Of a stretch of DNA of 64,000 nt, positions 11,811 to 24,400 are shown one piece after another (the first letter of the stretch is position 1; every line of letters starts with the position of its first letter). The stretch is from Hyphochytrium catenoides (taxonomy: Eukaryota > Protista > Hyphochytriomycota). The DNA is taken from positions 62,001-126,000 of the forward strand of contig FLMG01000368.1 of assembly GCA_900088475.1 (NCBI GenBank), in the 5' to 3' direction. The notes under the pieces are model-generated. The model worked only from the letters and a program-made list of their open reading frames with translations, did not search any database and was not told the DNA's origin. The position numbers and the translations under genes are program-made.

Positions 11811-14800
11811 TCCTCTCTGGCTCTCGCTTCAGCTGTTCCACTCCTCTGTCTCTCCGCTTCTCTTTCTTCTCTCGCATTTTCCTTCGCCTTCTCCATGTCC
11901 TTGACTATCTGTGTCTCTGGTTCTCCTCTCCCTTGTCCGTAAGCGTATCCCGTTCTTACCTCACCAACTGCATCACCAATGGCCTGGCCCCTCTGTCAAG
12001 TTCTCTCTGTTTCTCTCTATCTTGGGATCGGCTGTCTCACTCCTTCTCACACTCTTTCTCTCTCTTCCTCTCTCTTTCTCCCTCTCTCCTTCTCCGCCAA
12101 CCTTGGTGACTTCAGCACCAGCACCACGCAGCAGAGAAGTCTTTGGAGGTCTCTCTCCTCAAAAGTGAGAGGAACACCTTGGGAGTCAAAGTGGAGGAGC
12201 TTATCAAGGCAAAGCTAACCTACGAAGCTCAACGAATCGAACTGAGCGAGAAATTTCGGGAGAAGGAGAGAGAGACAGAGGTGGAGAGAGAGAAAGTGAG
12301 GATGCTTGAGAGAGAGAATGACAGGCAATACCTTTACGTCCAAGACAGAGAGAAAGAACGGTCACTCAATGCTGACAGCAAGGCACAGGCCATTAGGCTG
12401 CTGGAGAAAGAAGTGAAGGAGAAGGAAAGAGTGCTGCAAGAAGAGAGAAAGAAAGGAGCAGAGCTTGAGGCAGAGAACAGCCTTCTCTCTTCAAAGTGCT
12501 CAGCCTTTGAAGAGACAGTGGCAAAGCTAACCTCCTCAATGGCGCAGTGCGTACCTGAGAGTAGGCTGACAGAAGAGCAGAAGAAAGTGGCGGAGAGAGA
12601 AGAACGCATACTCTCCTTGGAACTGCAGCATCGCCGTGGAGAAGGAGAGAGAGAGACTCAAAGACAGGAACTAACTCTACTCTCTCAGCAGCTGAGGGAG
12701 ACCCAGAGGATGAAAGAGGAAGAGGCCCTCCTGCTGCAGCGTAAACTGACAGAGATGACTCTCACGCTAGAGAGAGAGAGAGGTGAACACCATGACACGT
12801 TAAGACAGCAACAGAAGGAACATGAGCAGGAGCTCGACCGGGAGAGAGAAGAACAGGGACAAAAGTTCAGGAAGTTGAAGGAAGAGAGTGAAGAGAGAGA
12901 GAGACTTATGCGACAGAAGCAAGAAGATGGTCTCTGCCAAGAGAGAGACCGCTGCGATAGGAAGCAGCGAGAGCTTAGCGATGCGCTGGAGGAAATGCAT
13001 AGGGAGAGAAGGTGTCTGCAAGAGGAACTAGAGAAGGAGAAAGAGCGTCTACAAAAAGAGAGAGACAGCAGGGAAAGGGCAGAAAGAGAGCTAGCTTGCT
13101 CTTTACTCTCCTTACGACGGGCGAATGTCCTCAGTCGCATTTTTCAGAAGATGACCCAGCGTCTGGACGATGAGAGGATCAGAGGACTCGTCTTCCTTCG
13201 CTGGAAAGCCGAAACACGGATAGAGAGAGACCGGGGTCTGATCCAAGCGAGAGAAAGAGAGATGCATGAACTCTCTCATCTAGCCCTAGAGGACATCTCG
13301 GGCTCTCTTCTAAGAATCATTGAGAAACAGGAAAGAGAAGGCAAAGAAAGGACCCAAGCCGCCGTGCAGGGAAGTGCCTGTAACGAGGCAATCGAGGAGA
13401 AGAATCTTCTTTCTGTCTCCCATTCCAATCCCTGTTTAGAAGCAAGTGCTGGGCACCACTCGTCCACGGTCAATGCAGCACCAGCAGTGGGAGAGCGGGT
13501 GCAGGCCAAAGGCGGGAGAGAGGAGTCCCCGAAGACGTTGACAGGTGAAACCTGGACTGACTCTTGTTTACGTTTTATAGGCCTTCTCGGATGTAAAGCG
13601 CACTGCTTGCTGTCTTCTTCCGTTCTAGGCAGCTTTCCCTCCTTCTCTCCATGTCTTAGCGTCTCTTCCATCTCTCACAGCCTTTCTTCAAGCGGTGTTT
13701 CCTAAGAAAACGCACATGCACGCCGTTTCACCGCTGGTTTACCCTGTCATCTCCTTTCATTTTCTCTCTCTCTCTCTTTACTTCTAGAGGACCTGGGGAT
13801 ACTTGTTAGGAGGACAATAGATGAAGGCAGCGTGCATCAAAGGCAGCAGCTGTGGTCAGAGATGAGGGCCAGCGGTGTCGAGCAGAAAAGAGGAGAGGAA
13901 AAGGGACTTGTCTGGCTTTTCTCTCGAGCTCTCACTCTTGCTGCAGGGACCGGGGAGGGCAACGATGGAAATGGCGAATCGGCCTCTCTCTCACAACTCT
14001 CGCAGGTCCTAACTCTTATCCGCTTCTTCCTCTGCTGTCCTCTCATCTCCTTTTCTCTCCTCTGACCGCTTAAGCTGTCTCTCTCTCTCTCTCTCTCCTC
14101 ATTTTTATCCACTCTCCTTGTCCAATGTATCCCCGGTGTTCATGTCTAATATTGCCTTGTCTTGCCTCTTCAAGGCCATCGAGAGGAAGATTGCGCAGGA
14201 ATGTGCCCGTTTCGCTCAAGACCTCTTACTTCCTCTCTCTTGCGCAGGGGCAATGCCTCACATATCTCCCTCTACTTGCTCATACCCCGCCTGTGCTGAG
14301 GAGAAAAGGTTCGACTCTTTGATTAGGGGATTCTTCCTCACCCTCCGTCGACTTCTCCTCTTCTCTCTCTTCCTGAGATCCTCGTTTTCAATCCTAAACG
14401 TGATTGTCTCCCCGGTGTCTCAATCATCTCTCTCGCTCTCTGTCGCTCTCTCTGTCTCTGTTCCTCTGTCTCTCTCTCTGTTTCCTTGTGTTTCTCCCCC
14501 TCTCTCTCACTCCCTCTCGCTCTCTGTCTTCCTTCTCTCTTTCCGCGTCCTGGAACTCTAGGAGACTCGTATCATTATCAGCGCTGAGCCATCACTTTCA
14601 GAGCGTTATCGTAGAAGTGGCGAATAGTGGGATCTCTTCTCTTCTCCTTGCCTACCTCCAGGAGCTCGAGGTGAACTAAAGCGGCCGCCTTCGTCGCCTA
14701 TGTCTTTCTCTTTCTCTTTTTCTGCTAGAGAGTTCTCCTAAGGCTATGGTGCTCTGTCTCTGGATCCCACTCTCTTCTCCGTTCTCTGCGTCTCTTCCCA

Positions 14801-14957
14801 GTTTTCGTTCTTTTCCAGTGATTAGTTCTGGGGGCTCGCTGTTGTGGATTGCTATCCCCGGTTCCTCCTGCTCCCTTCCCTCGTCGCATTCGCTCCATGG
14901 CTGGATATCTCTCTATTCATGTTTTTACAGACGAAGAAGGCCCTTAGCCATCTCTCT

Positions 14958-14997
<40 letters not shown>

Positions 14998-15830
14998 TCT
15001 CTTTTATACTCTCTCTCTCTCTCTCTCCATTGACTAGAACGGGCAGTACAGCAAGAGAGGGAAGGAACAAGGCGATAGGAGTGAGGAGGAACGTCGGTAT
15101 CCTCAGCAGCAAGAGTTTCTCCTGGGGTCCATCCTCCTACTTTGTGACGAGCTGTCTATGAGCGGAGACACTTACTTCCCTACCTCTGCAACTGGTGACA
15201 CAGCAAGAAGGAGCACAAAAGCCGAGAGTATGCCTTGCTCAGTATTGCGAGAGCAAGTGAGCCCAATCTTCAGGTGAGATTACCCGTCTTCTTAGCCTTC
15301 CTCCCGCACCATCATCGACCAGCTTCCTTGACGCCTCTTTAAGGGGCTAATGCCTTGCCCTGGGCAGCTGTTGGTGCCTAGCGGTCTAAGGCACCTCTCT
15401 TTTACTCTTCTTTTCTCTTATGGACTTTGTTCTTTTCAGTCCTCTTTAAGGTCTCTCTGCCTTCGAAACTCTCATGGACACCTCAAAAGCTAAGCTGCTG
15501 ATTAACAGGTCGTATCAGCGCCTCTGTCGGGAGCTGGACGACGAAGGAACTTCGCTATCACAAGCGGGGAAAGAGAAAGCAAAGATCTGGGATGGACTGC
15601 GTCTATTGCGGAGAAATCTGAAGCGACCTTCTTCCTCTTCGTCTCTCTCTCATGTGAAAGGAGCGACCGTACCTTGCCCGTTTCGACAGCTATGCTGTAA
15701 GAGCTTTGTGCGGCTGCTGCAGGAGAACCTCATCCGGTTCCTTCTTGCCGTCGTTCAAGAGAGAAGGGCTCTGCTGAGAGAAAGATCGTTGAGAGCTACA
15801 GAAGCACGTCCTGCTGTGGCCCTTGCATAG
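11291..15830 (+). CDS. Hypothetical E/R/K/Q-rich coiled-coil protein, multi-exon (11291-11704, 12116-13544, 13788-14005, 14175-14308, 14562-14670, further 3' exons uncertain)
   Basis: 520-aa ORF 12143-13705 with heptad-like composition. In-frame join GCG|gtagag ... ttcag|CAC links it to the ATG at 11291. Introns are CT-rich. No family recognised. Confidence 0.65.
11718..11820 (+). repeat. (CT)n microsatellite in intron 1 of the coiled-coil gene
   Basis: Visible CT run between donor 11705 and acceptor 12115. Confidence 0.9.
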
Positions 15831-16364
15831 AGGACCTTCCACTGCTGCACGCCTAAAGTTAGAGGGCGAACTGACAGTCCTCTCTCGTGTGAATAATCGG
15901 TCTTCGGCCTCGCCCTTTCCTTGCTCTATAAATCCAGAGCAGCACTCGCTCTAACTCTGTGTGAGTCATGGGGGAAGTCGCTCAGTGCTTACAAGTCTTC
16001 TCGCCAAGACGCGTGACAGCCGGATCAAGCTCTTATAAAGGTTTGCACCTCAAACCCCAGGAGAGCGTGGGCAGTGAGAGAGACAAGCGTGGCCAACTAT
16101 AGAACGAAGGTAAAACGGTAACACTGCACGGGTGACTGAGGCCGAGGCATCTTGAAAATGCATCTTCTCACGAGTCTCCCTCAGCAGAGTATTCATGATA
16201 TTTATAAAAATAAATAGGGTAGAAGACGAGACCACAAGCAAGAGAATGGCAAGAGAGAAAATATCTCTTCTCCCTTGATCGCCATGATCTATGACTGGCT
16301 AAGATCCTAATAGTGCGCTCCACCATGACTACCCGCCACTTGCCATTAAATCGCCATTGTCGGA

Positions 16365-18463
16365 CTAGAGCTTGTACAGCACACTGCCGCGAGACTCACT
16401 GAAGGCTGCCCCAGAAACGATAGACACCTCCACTTCTCCTGGCGCCGAGGCTGTGCTCTCCCTCTCTGGGCTATCCACACTAAACCGCGCCACTACGAAG
16501 TTCTTGTTCTGAAACTCTAGGGAGTTTCTAAGGAAGAGAAGAGAGCAGATGCCCAAGATCAGCACCACAAACTGGTAGACAAACTCCAAGTTTCCTTTGT
16601 TGAGGTCTCCACGAGGGACAAAGCCTTCTGCGAGTAGGTCGAGACCGTTCCAGAACGCCATAGAAAGGACCAAGCTGTATAGAACTACGGCTTGTGTGAA
16701 CCCGCGGGCCGTCTTTGGGCACTGGTCATAGGCGAAGAAAAGGACCGGAGGGAGCATCAAGCTCTGAGAGAGACCCAGAAGCATCATCGGGAGATACATG
16801 ATGAAGCCACTGAAGTCATTGATGCCCACCCCGGCTGCACAGTGTTGGTTTGTCAGGGAGGACCCCAGTACTGGTGAGGCTCGGCGTCGCATCTCAAGGA
16901 TCGCTGCTACTTCACAAGCCAGCACTGCGACTACGAACCCCGCAACAATCTTCTGGGTTCGACTGACCGCGCGCTTCTGCGCTCTCTCACATAGGGGGAA
17001 TATGCAGTGCTCTAACAGTGGGACAAAGAGAAGCACTCCCAACGAGTCCCCGATAGAAAGGACGTACGGACTGGGACTCTTCTCGCTAAAGAAGATGTTG
17101 GACTGACAGGTCTGGCGGATGGTGAAGGAGAAAGCTTTCTTTTGAACTCCCACCGCCACTCCTACGGATAAAAGTATAGGTATGAGTCTCAGTGTGTCTT
17201 TCGCATCCTGCTGCTTCAACCCTGGCCGGTCACTGATTGGGCGGCAGAAGTCAGAGTTCCTTAGCGCAGTCACAGATAGGATGAAGGCACTGAATCCAGC
17301 GAGGAAGCAAGAAAGGCTAAGAGCAGAAGATGCGTGGAAAGCTTGTGAGATGACCAGGCCGACGAAGATGAGATGTAAAAGGGCCACCGAGAGCATCAGC
17401 TTGCCCTGAAGGGTACACCGCGCACTGTGCACGATATACTCCAGTAGAGCTGTGACAGAGAGAGGCAACAGGCAGGGAGAAAAGTGGTGAGAGAAAGAGA
17501 GTGGAATAGAAGAGCAGAAGGAAGGAGCAGGACAGGACAGCAAGAAACATGTTAGACCTCAAGGGAAACAAGGATCATCAGCACAAGTAGCTCATCAGGA
17601 GATCGCTTACCAGGTAAGAACCTCCCTTCTCCCTCAGTGGAAAAGTACTGGCGCCTCGCAAAGAGAAAGAGCATCACACCAACCGCCATAGAGGAAGTGC
17701 AGAGGAAGAATGCGACGAAGTAACCACTCTCCGTAGGGATCTCAGGCGGATTGCCATAGACGGCCAGGTCAGTCAAATAGCCAGAGGAGACCGCATTGGC
17801 GCCACTTATGGCGAAGAGAAGATAGGAGAAAAACATTTGCTGGGCCTTTGCTTGAGCTGGATCCGTGAAGTCGTACTGATCAGCGCCAAAGACACCGATG
17901 TTAGAAGACATACCGGCGGCACCAGTGCTCAAGAAGAGAAGAGCTGCGATTAGGAAGAGAACGGCACTGTGTAGAGAGGAGATGGTGGCAACTATCATCA
18001 GCAAGAGCCCCACGAGAACGATGCTGGAGGAGAACTGGATGGCTCTATAACGGCCCAAGAGAGTGTCGCCTAGATGTCCGCCAAGGAAGGAGAGACAGCA
18101 AGATAGAACCACGAACAGCGTCTGAAAAGCACTTGCAGTCTCTACGTCCGTCTTCCTACTGACAAACAGGAATGGAAACATCGTGCCTACCGCTAGAAAG
18201 AAGGCGATGCGCTCTGTAAACTGAAGGACTAAGATCCATAGGAAGACTCTTAAGAATTTGCGCCGCGTTATGGACTCTGAGCTAGGAATGTTACTAAGAT
18301 AGTTGCTCGTGGTTGTCAAGGTGAAGGTGGAGTTGGTCTTGGCTGACACTCTTTCAGAGGGGCTCCTTTCCAAGTTGTACTGCACATCTGCAGAGCGAGG
18401 AGGAGTGAAGCTCTCCAGAGAGGCTGGGAATAGTGCAGCCTCCTTCTTTGACCGTTTGTCCAT
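16365..18463 (-). CDS. POT/PTR (proton-dependent oligopeptide transporter) family MFS protein, 2 exons (18463-17611, 17449-16365)
   Basis: Motifs QFTERIAFF, GGHLGDTLLGRYRAI, FGADQYD and FAYDQCPKTARG, with many TM helices. A phase-1 GT-AG intron 17610-17450 joins the two ORFs. Start could be the ATG at 18469. Confidence 0.88.
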
Positions 18464-18960
18464 CCGCATCCTTCCCACACAGGGCGAAGCGAAGCGCTCC
18501 GCTCGGTAGCCGCAGGGGAATAGAGATGAAGGACCGTTGAGCAGGAGAGAGACTACGCGAGAAGGATGCAACAACGAAACTTCAGACGCATTTGAAAGGA
18601 AGCTGAAGATCTGAGTCCTGCCAAGCCCTGCGCCTTGGTAAGCTCTGACCCTTTGGTACCTGGCTTTTGCCGCGTTCACTGAAGCAGACTTCGAAGTCGA
18701 GAGCGTAAGGCGGAGATTCCTTAGAGCGTGCGTAGGGAAAGAGCAGCAATGACAGAGATCGCTGCTTCTATTTGGACGACGAGAAGAAAAGAGAGAAAAG
18801 AAGAGTGAGAAAGCTTGAAAAGAATATCGGAACAGAAGATTGAGAGATGACGATTGTCCCTCCGTCCCTCTTGCCTTTTCAGACCTTCGGTGAAGGAGAA
18901 AGATCGGTAGGACAGAGACAGCCAACTTCCAACGCCGCCCCTACTAGCGCTACCCATCAT

Positions 18961-19215
18961 CTCTCTCTCTCTCTCACTCTCTCTCTNNNNNNNNNNNNNN
19001 NNNNNNNNNNNNNNNNNNNNNNNNNNNNNNNNNNNNNNNNNNNNNNNNNNTCTCTCTCTCTCTCTCTCTCTCTCCCCCTCTCCCCTTCTTCGGATTCTCA
19101 TTCTTCTGTTGCCTGCTGGTTGATTGGCGGCCTAGAAGAACCAGGCAGGGTCTTTTGGCTCTTGCGTCCATCATAACCCTTCCTCCTCCTCTGTGTCTTT
19201 TGGCGCTCGCTTGCT

Positions 19216-19262
<47 letters not shown>

Positions 19263-19335
19263 CCCCTCTCTCTCTCTCTCTTTCTTTCTCCTCTCTCTCT
19301 CTCTCTCTCACTCTGTCTCTCACTCTGTCTCTCTC
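18961..19335 (+). repeat. (CT)n microsatellites containing assembly gap 18987-19050
   Basis: Visible CT runs on both sides of the Ns. Confidence 0.95.
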
Positions 19336-21434
19336 CATCATCAGTGAGAAAAGACACTGCTGCTTTGAGAGTAACAGTGTTTCCCTGTACAGCCAACCCT
19401 GGCTCAATATCTATTTAGTAAAGTCTTTATGTAGAAGCCAGTCTTTTACCTTACTCTGTCTCGTGCGGAGTTCCTGGTGATGATGGCCAAAAGAAGAGTC
19501 TTCGATAGTGCCAAGGTTTCCCTTGCAACTGCAATATATCATACATCTTATATGCATGATAGTAATGTATTTAATCAGGGATAAGGTTGCATTATATCCG
19601 TTTTATAGTCAATAAAAGGCTCTATTACTGCATTTATTGAATTAATGGAAAGTAAAGTAATTTGTTTCATTCACTTGCTTGGCTCAGAGGACCGACGATG
19701 CAGAGAGACCAGGAGAGCCAAGAAAGAGGGAGGGGGGGAACCCAACGAAGACTGTGGGGGATAGGGGAGGGAGGACGACCCAACTTGACGAGACAGTGTC
19801 GGTAAGACATAGGGGCCCTTCGGCCAAAGTTGGATAGACTTTGAGAATAAATGTTCGACACTGGGGTAAGACAGAGTGCTGGAGATAGAGTGGGATGACC
19901 CCATGATAAGCTGACCAAAATACGAGGTCCTGTTACTCCCACCCATCCCAATGTACAAAGCACTAAGCAAACTTCAAGGCAGGACCCACCCATCCAACAC
20001 GTCTACCTTTTGAATGAGAAAGGGCAGAAGTGGCTGTGCAACGTGCGTTGTTGATGTTAGCTTCTGCTATTATATAATCATGTGTAGTTCGGCCCGGAAG
20101 GTGTAGCGGTGATCCAAATCTTGATCTCTCGTCACCTCCTCCTCTTCCTCCTCCATCTCCCTTCCACTCTCGCCACTCTGTCTCGTCTCAATTTCTTTCC
20201 ATCAGCAAAGCAAAATCTTCACTTTTCATGTCTTCGGCGCTTCTGTCCTGACGCTGCTGCACTTCTTTCAATGCGTCCATTGCCCGACAACACAGAGAAG
20301 ACCGGCCGCGGGCAGAACCCGTCTAACTGAAGATCAAGCACTGGTCCTCCTGCTCTCTTGCAACCTGCAGCCGTCATAGGAGTTCTATGTCCTCCCCCAG
20401 CCAGAGCTGACGCGTCAAACTGATGTTGCCCTGTAGGAGGATCGTGGTTGGTCATCGGCATGTATGAAGATTGACAAGACTCAACTTGCTTTGCATAGAC
20501 TGTCCAAGTTGCCGTATAGATCTAGAAGGGGGTTCACCAGTGGTGACACTGGCAAAGTGGTAGGGAATAGAGTAGGCCAGAAGGACTTCCATTGAAGCAG
20601 AGAGAGCAAAGAAGTGAACGCCTCGTTTTTTATCGAAAGCTTAAGGATCCTTTACCATTGCAGATTCTCTTGTTCTCCATCAGGCCCCAGTGCTATTGCT
20701 ATTGCTCCATGAGCCTGTTTTGTAAGGCTTCCTTAAGCGCCACGCTTATGTAGTACTACGTAGCAGGGTTGAATGAATAGCTCCATAAGCACATATTCTG
20801 CGAGCGGGCTGTTACTCCTTCACTTAGTTTGCCTACTACCGTCAAAAGCGTCAATGGCAATGGTCGCAACGAGTATTCCGAACTGAAAGACCCAATGTCG
20901 GTTCTCCTTTCCTTCAAGCAAAGCTTGCGGCAGCCGAACTGTGGTCCTGCTTGGCCTCACTCACAGTCAGATGATGTTGGCCTACCGTTTCTGATTAAGC
21001 GAAAGACCGCCTAAGCAATGTAAGCCGCTCCTTCCTGACGGCTGTTTCCTAACTTGTACCCCACAGACCACGACAAGCGTCCTGGGCCCTCTTACCAGCG
21101 AAATATTGTCCGTTGCAGTTATGATGATGAGGTGTCCACTGGGGCATTCTACTTTTTCTAAGGCTTCTTCTGATTAGTCAACGTGCAGAGCTAGAATGGG
21201 GAGTGTTGCATGTGACTGGGATAGCTCCTGGTCTGTCGCTTGTCAGTTGGAAACCTGTACTTCTTTTGACAGTCTTCGTTTACGTTAACGAATATATATA
21301 TAATAGCTCTGTCACCTAACAGCGTCCTTGCTCCATCTCTCCATTCACACTTCCATAGATTGCCATCAACTGATGCTATTGAGTGAGGGCTATTGAGACT
21401 GTGACAGCCACCACCCTTACTTCTTTTTCTTTAT

Positions 21435-24400
21435 CTACCGGTCTCTATCCAGCTCTGACTCTCCAATGTAGGTAAAGCCGTCAAAATGCGTCTTGGCCTT
21501 CGTAGTCGTACTTAAAGTGGACGTAGACGGTGAGTCCTACAGAGGATGAGTACGGAACGTAAGGACGAAGCGCTACTAGGAAGAGCCTGGGATCCTAGGA
21601 TTTAAAGCTCGTGGAGAACAAGAAAAAAGGGATGACACAGGGGCCAAACACTTTCAGGCAGAGGGAGGTTATAAGTCAGGCTGGCAGCACCATGAAGTAG
21701 AACAAAAGAGAGAGTGCTAAGCCCAAGAAAGCTTCATGGGCATGATAGGATATGTAACAAAGGAACCCAAGTGACCGCCCGTTCTCTCCCCATCTAGCCT
21801 CATGCTGACCTTAGGGACCTCTCTAGTAAAGACGTTGGCAACATTGGATACATCCATCTCATCCTTCACCTCCGGTTTGAAGGGGGCGTGGACCTTTTTC
21901 CTGAAGAGAAAAAGAACAAAGGGATGGTGAGTGTACGGAGAAACAAAAGAATCACACAGCTGTCAAAGGGTTAGAAGCGGCTAGGGATAGAAGCGAACGA
22001 GCCCAAGGTAAGATGGGGAACAACGGATGAGCAGCATTCGAGGTATAGTGCGAGGAAAGATCCTCGCTTCCCAGTGGGCCCCTAGGTTCTAAATGCAGAG
22101 ACGTACTCATAGAGCCGTTCCCAATCGATTGAGGAGAACCATGGGTGATCCATGATCTCCTGAGAGCCGTTGCTTGCAGATCCGAGACGCTTCTGAGGAT
22201 CTCGTCTCAAAAGGCCTAATAGAAGGCTCTGGCACTCTTCTGAAAAGGCAGGCGTGAACTGCACGTCTCTGTAGAGGATGTTATGGAACATTCTCTTCCG
22301 GTTCTTGTCGAAGAAAGGTGTCTGGCCAGTCATCATTTCGTACACCAGAGTACCAAAGCTCCACCAGTCCACTGCCTTGCCGTACGCCTGAGGACGAGGA
22401 ATAGAGATAGACAACGTTATGAGAAGCCAAACATTGCAAAAAACACTTGCAGATGCCATTATCCGCAAGCCAGAAAGACCCAAGAGAGTAAGATCTAGGT
22501 TGGAGGATACAAGAGATGTAAGCCCAGGGTATGTAGGGAAAGGGGAATGTAGTCAGTTCCTAGGGGTTAATTGCATTGCACCCTCTCACCTGTCCTTTCA
22601 GAAGTTCTGGTGCAATGTACTCAGCCGTGCCGCAAAAGGTGGTGGCTCCATTTGGCAGATCCACATGCTCCTTTGATAGACCAAAGTCCGTCAAAGCTAC
22701 GTTACCTACGATAATATAGTGGGAAGCGAGGGAAGATTTAGCTACAAAGATGAACACAAACAAGCACAGCAAAGGGACGGCGAAGCAACGAGAGGTAAGC
22801 TCGTCATGTCCGCAACTAAGATTTATTACCTTCTGCATCCATAAGGATATTCTCAAGCTTAAGGTCTCTGTAAGCAATACCGAGCTGGTGAAGGTGAGAA
22901 AGGGNNNNNCGTAGGGTAAGAGCTTCCATAATAATATTGTGATAATCTCTTGACCGCAACCTACCCTGGATAGTAGTCCATGACAAGATAAAGCTTGTCC
23001 TCACTCTGGAAGGCAAATCGCAATCTCACAATGAACGGCTGTGGGGTTGTGATGACAAACACGAAGGAAGGTGACGAAGAACTGCTGAGTATCTCATTAA
23101 CGAGATGGATTGAGGATTTATAAAAAGGCCAGTCCAGGAAGCAAGAGAAGAAGGAGCGGAGAGAGACGGGGCGAAGGACAGGTCATAGCCCTTCCACGAT
23201 CTGTCAGCAGCGCAAGGACTCACATGATCAATGTCTCTCAATATTCGCCGTTCTGCCTTGGTGTGCTCTACCTGATTTTTCTCGAACACAGCCTGCTTCT
23301 TAAGAACCTACAGAGCTTTGTAAGCAACATTGTACTATAAAAGGAGATGGTGTTTGGGCCCCCGCAAGACTGTAGGCCCATAGGGCTCTCCTCTTCCCAC
23401 ATAGTGGTTCTTCTAAGGACGTTACCTCTTATCCTTCCGATCCGCACAGATTACGCATAGCCTACTCAGCTTTCTCATATGATCCCGTTGGGGTGCTTAT
23501 GCTTACCTTCATTGCATAGATATTGGCCTGTCCGGTTCTGTCCTTCTTTCGCACTAGCATGACCTTGCCGAAGGCCCCTTTACCAACAACTTTGAGCAGG
23601 TCAAAGTCCTCAACAGTCAATTTTTCCTCCCTCTTGCTCTTTCTCGAATCCTCCTGCTCATACATCGAGGTATTTCGGACATCTGCAGATACAGCCCGCG
23701 GCTTCGCGTCCTGTACGCATTCCTGACATACCCTCTGTGCCGTAGAAGAGCCCGGCAAAAACAATCGATCCGGTGAACATGCGCTGCATACTGCCCTTCC
23801 ACACATGCGACAATGGTGTCTCCGATCGAAGAGGTTGAAGGACTGGGCACAGATATTGCACTGTTTCTCGGTGTACATTGTAGGTGAGGCGGCATTGTTT
23901 CGCTCATTGCTCGGCGCTCGTGATGGCTTTCGTTTGGGAGAAGGCTCTGGAGCGGCTTGGGGAGCAATCTCAGTCACAAAACGAGCTAAATCCTTGGTTT
24001 GCAGGAACTGAAAAACTGGTTTCGTTACCACCTCCAGCGTATAGGCGGCGTTACTATTCTCTCCTGTACAAGCAGGCGGGAGTCAGTGCACCAGGTGACC
24101 ACCTCAATTTTAAAGAGAAATGTCACAGAGCAATGAGAGGACAAGGGAGAGAGAACAAGATATGAACGAAAGGACATCAAATAGGCCTTCCATAGCTTTC
24201 ATGTGGCTAAAAGGCGTCCAAGTGGAGGAAGGGAAAAGCTGGAAGGTACTAAGGCAGCAACGATGACGCACCAATGCGCCTCTTGTCAGGCTTCCCAGCA
24301 GAGATGCAGGTGCACCCCGTGCGATGCGGAGCAGCCCCTTCAAGTTTGGCACCAAGGGGTACGTCCTCGGTGGACTCAAAAGCAACAGACTTCTCCGACA

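Noticed and set aside
6553-19480. Many SLSLSL/ERERER ORFs in the track
   Set aside because: They are translations of CT/GA microsatellites, not genes.
21121-21173. C-box (ATGATGA) ... CTGA snoRNA-like pattern
   Set aside because: Only about 50 nt, part of an ATG triplet run, with no terminal stem or recognisable rRNA guide.
22830-22965. Kinase appears to lack subdomains V-VIa (possible pseudogene)
   Set aside because: The missing segment coincides with an N-gap and all other motifs are intact, so this is an assembly artefact.
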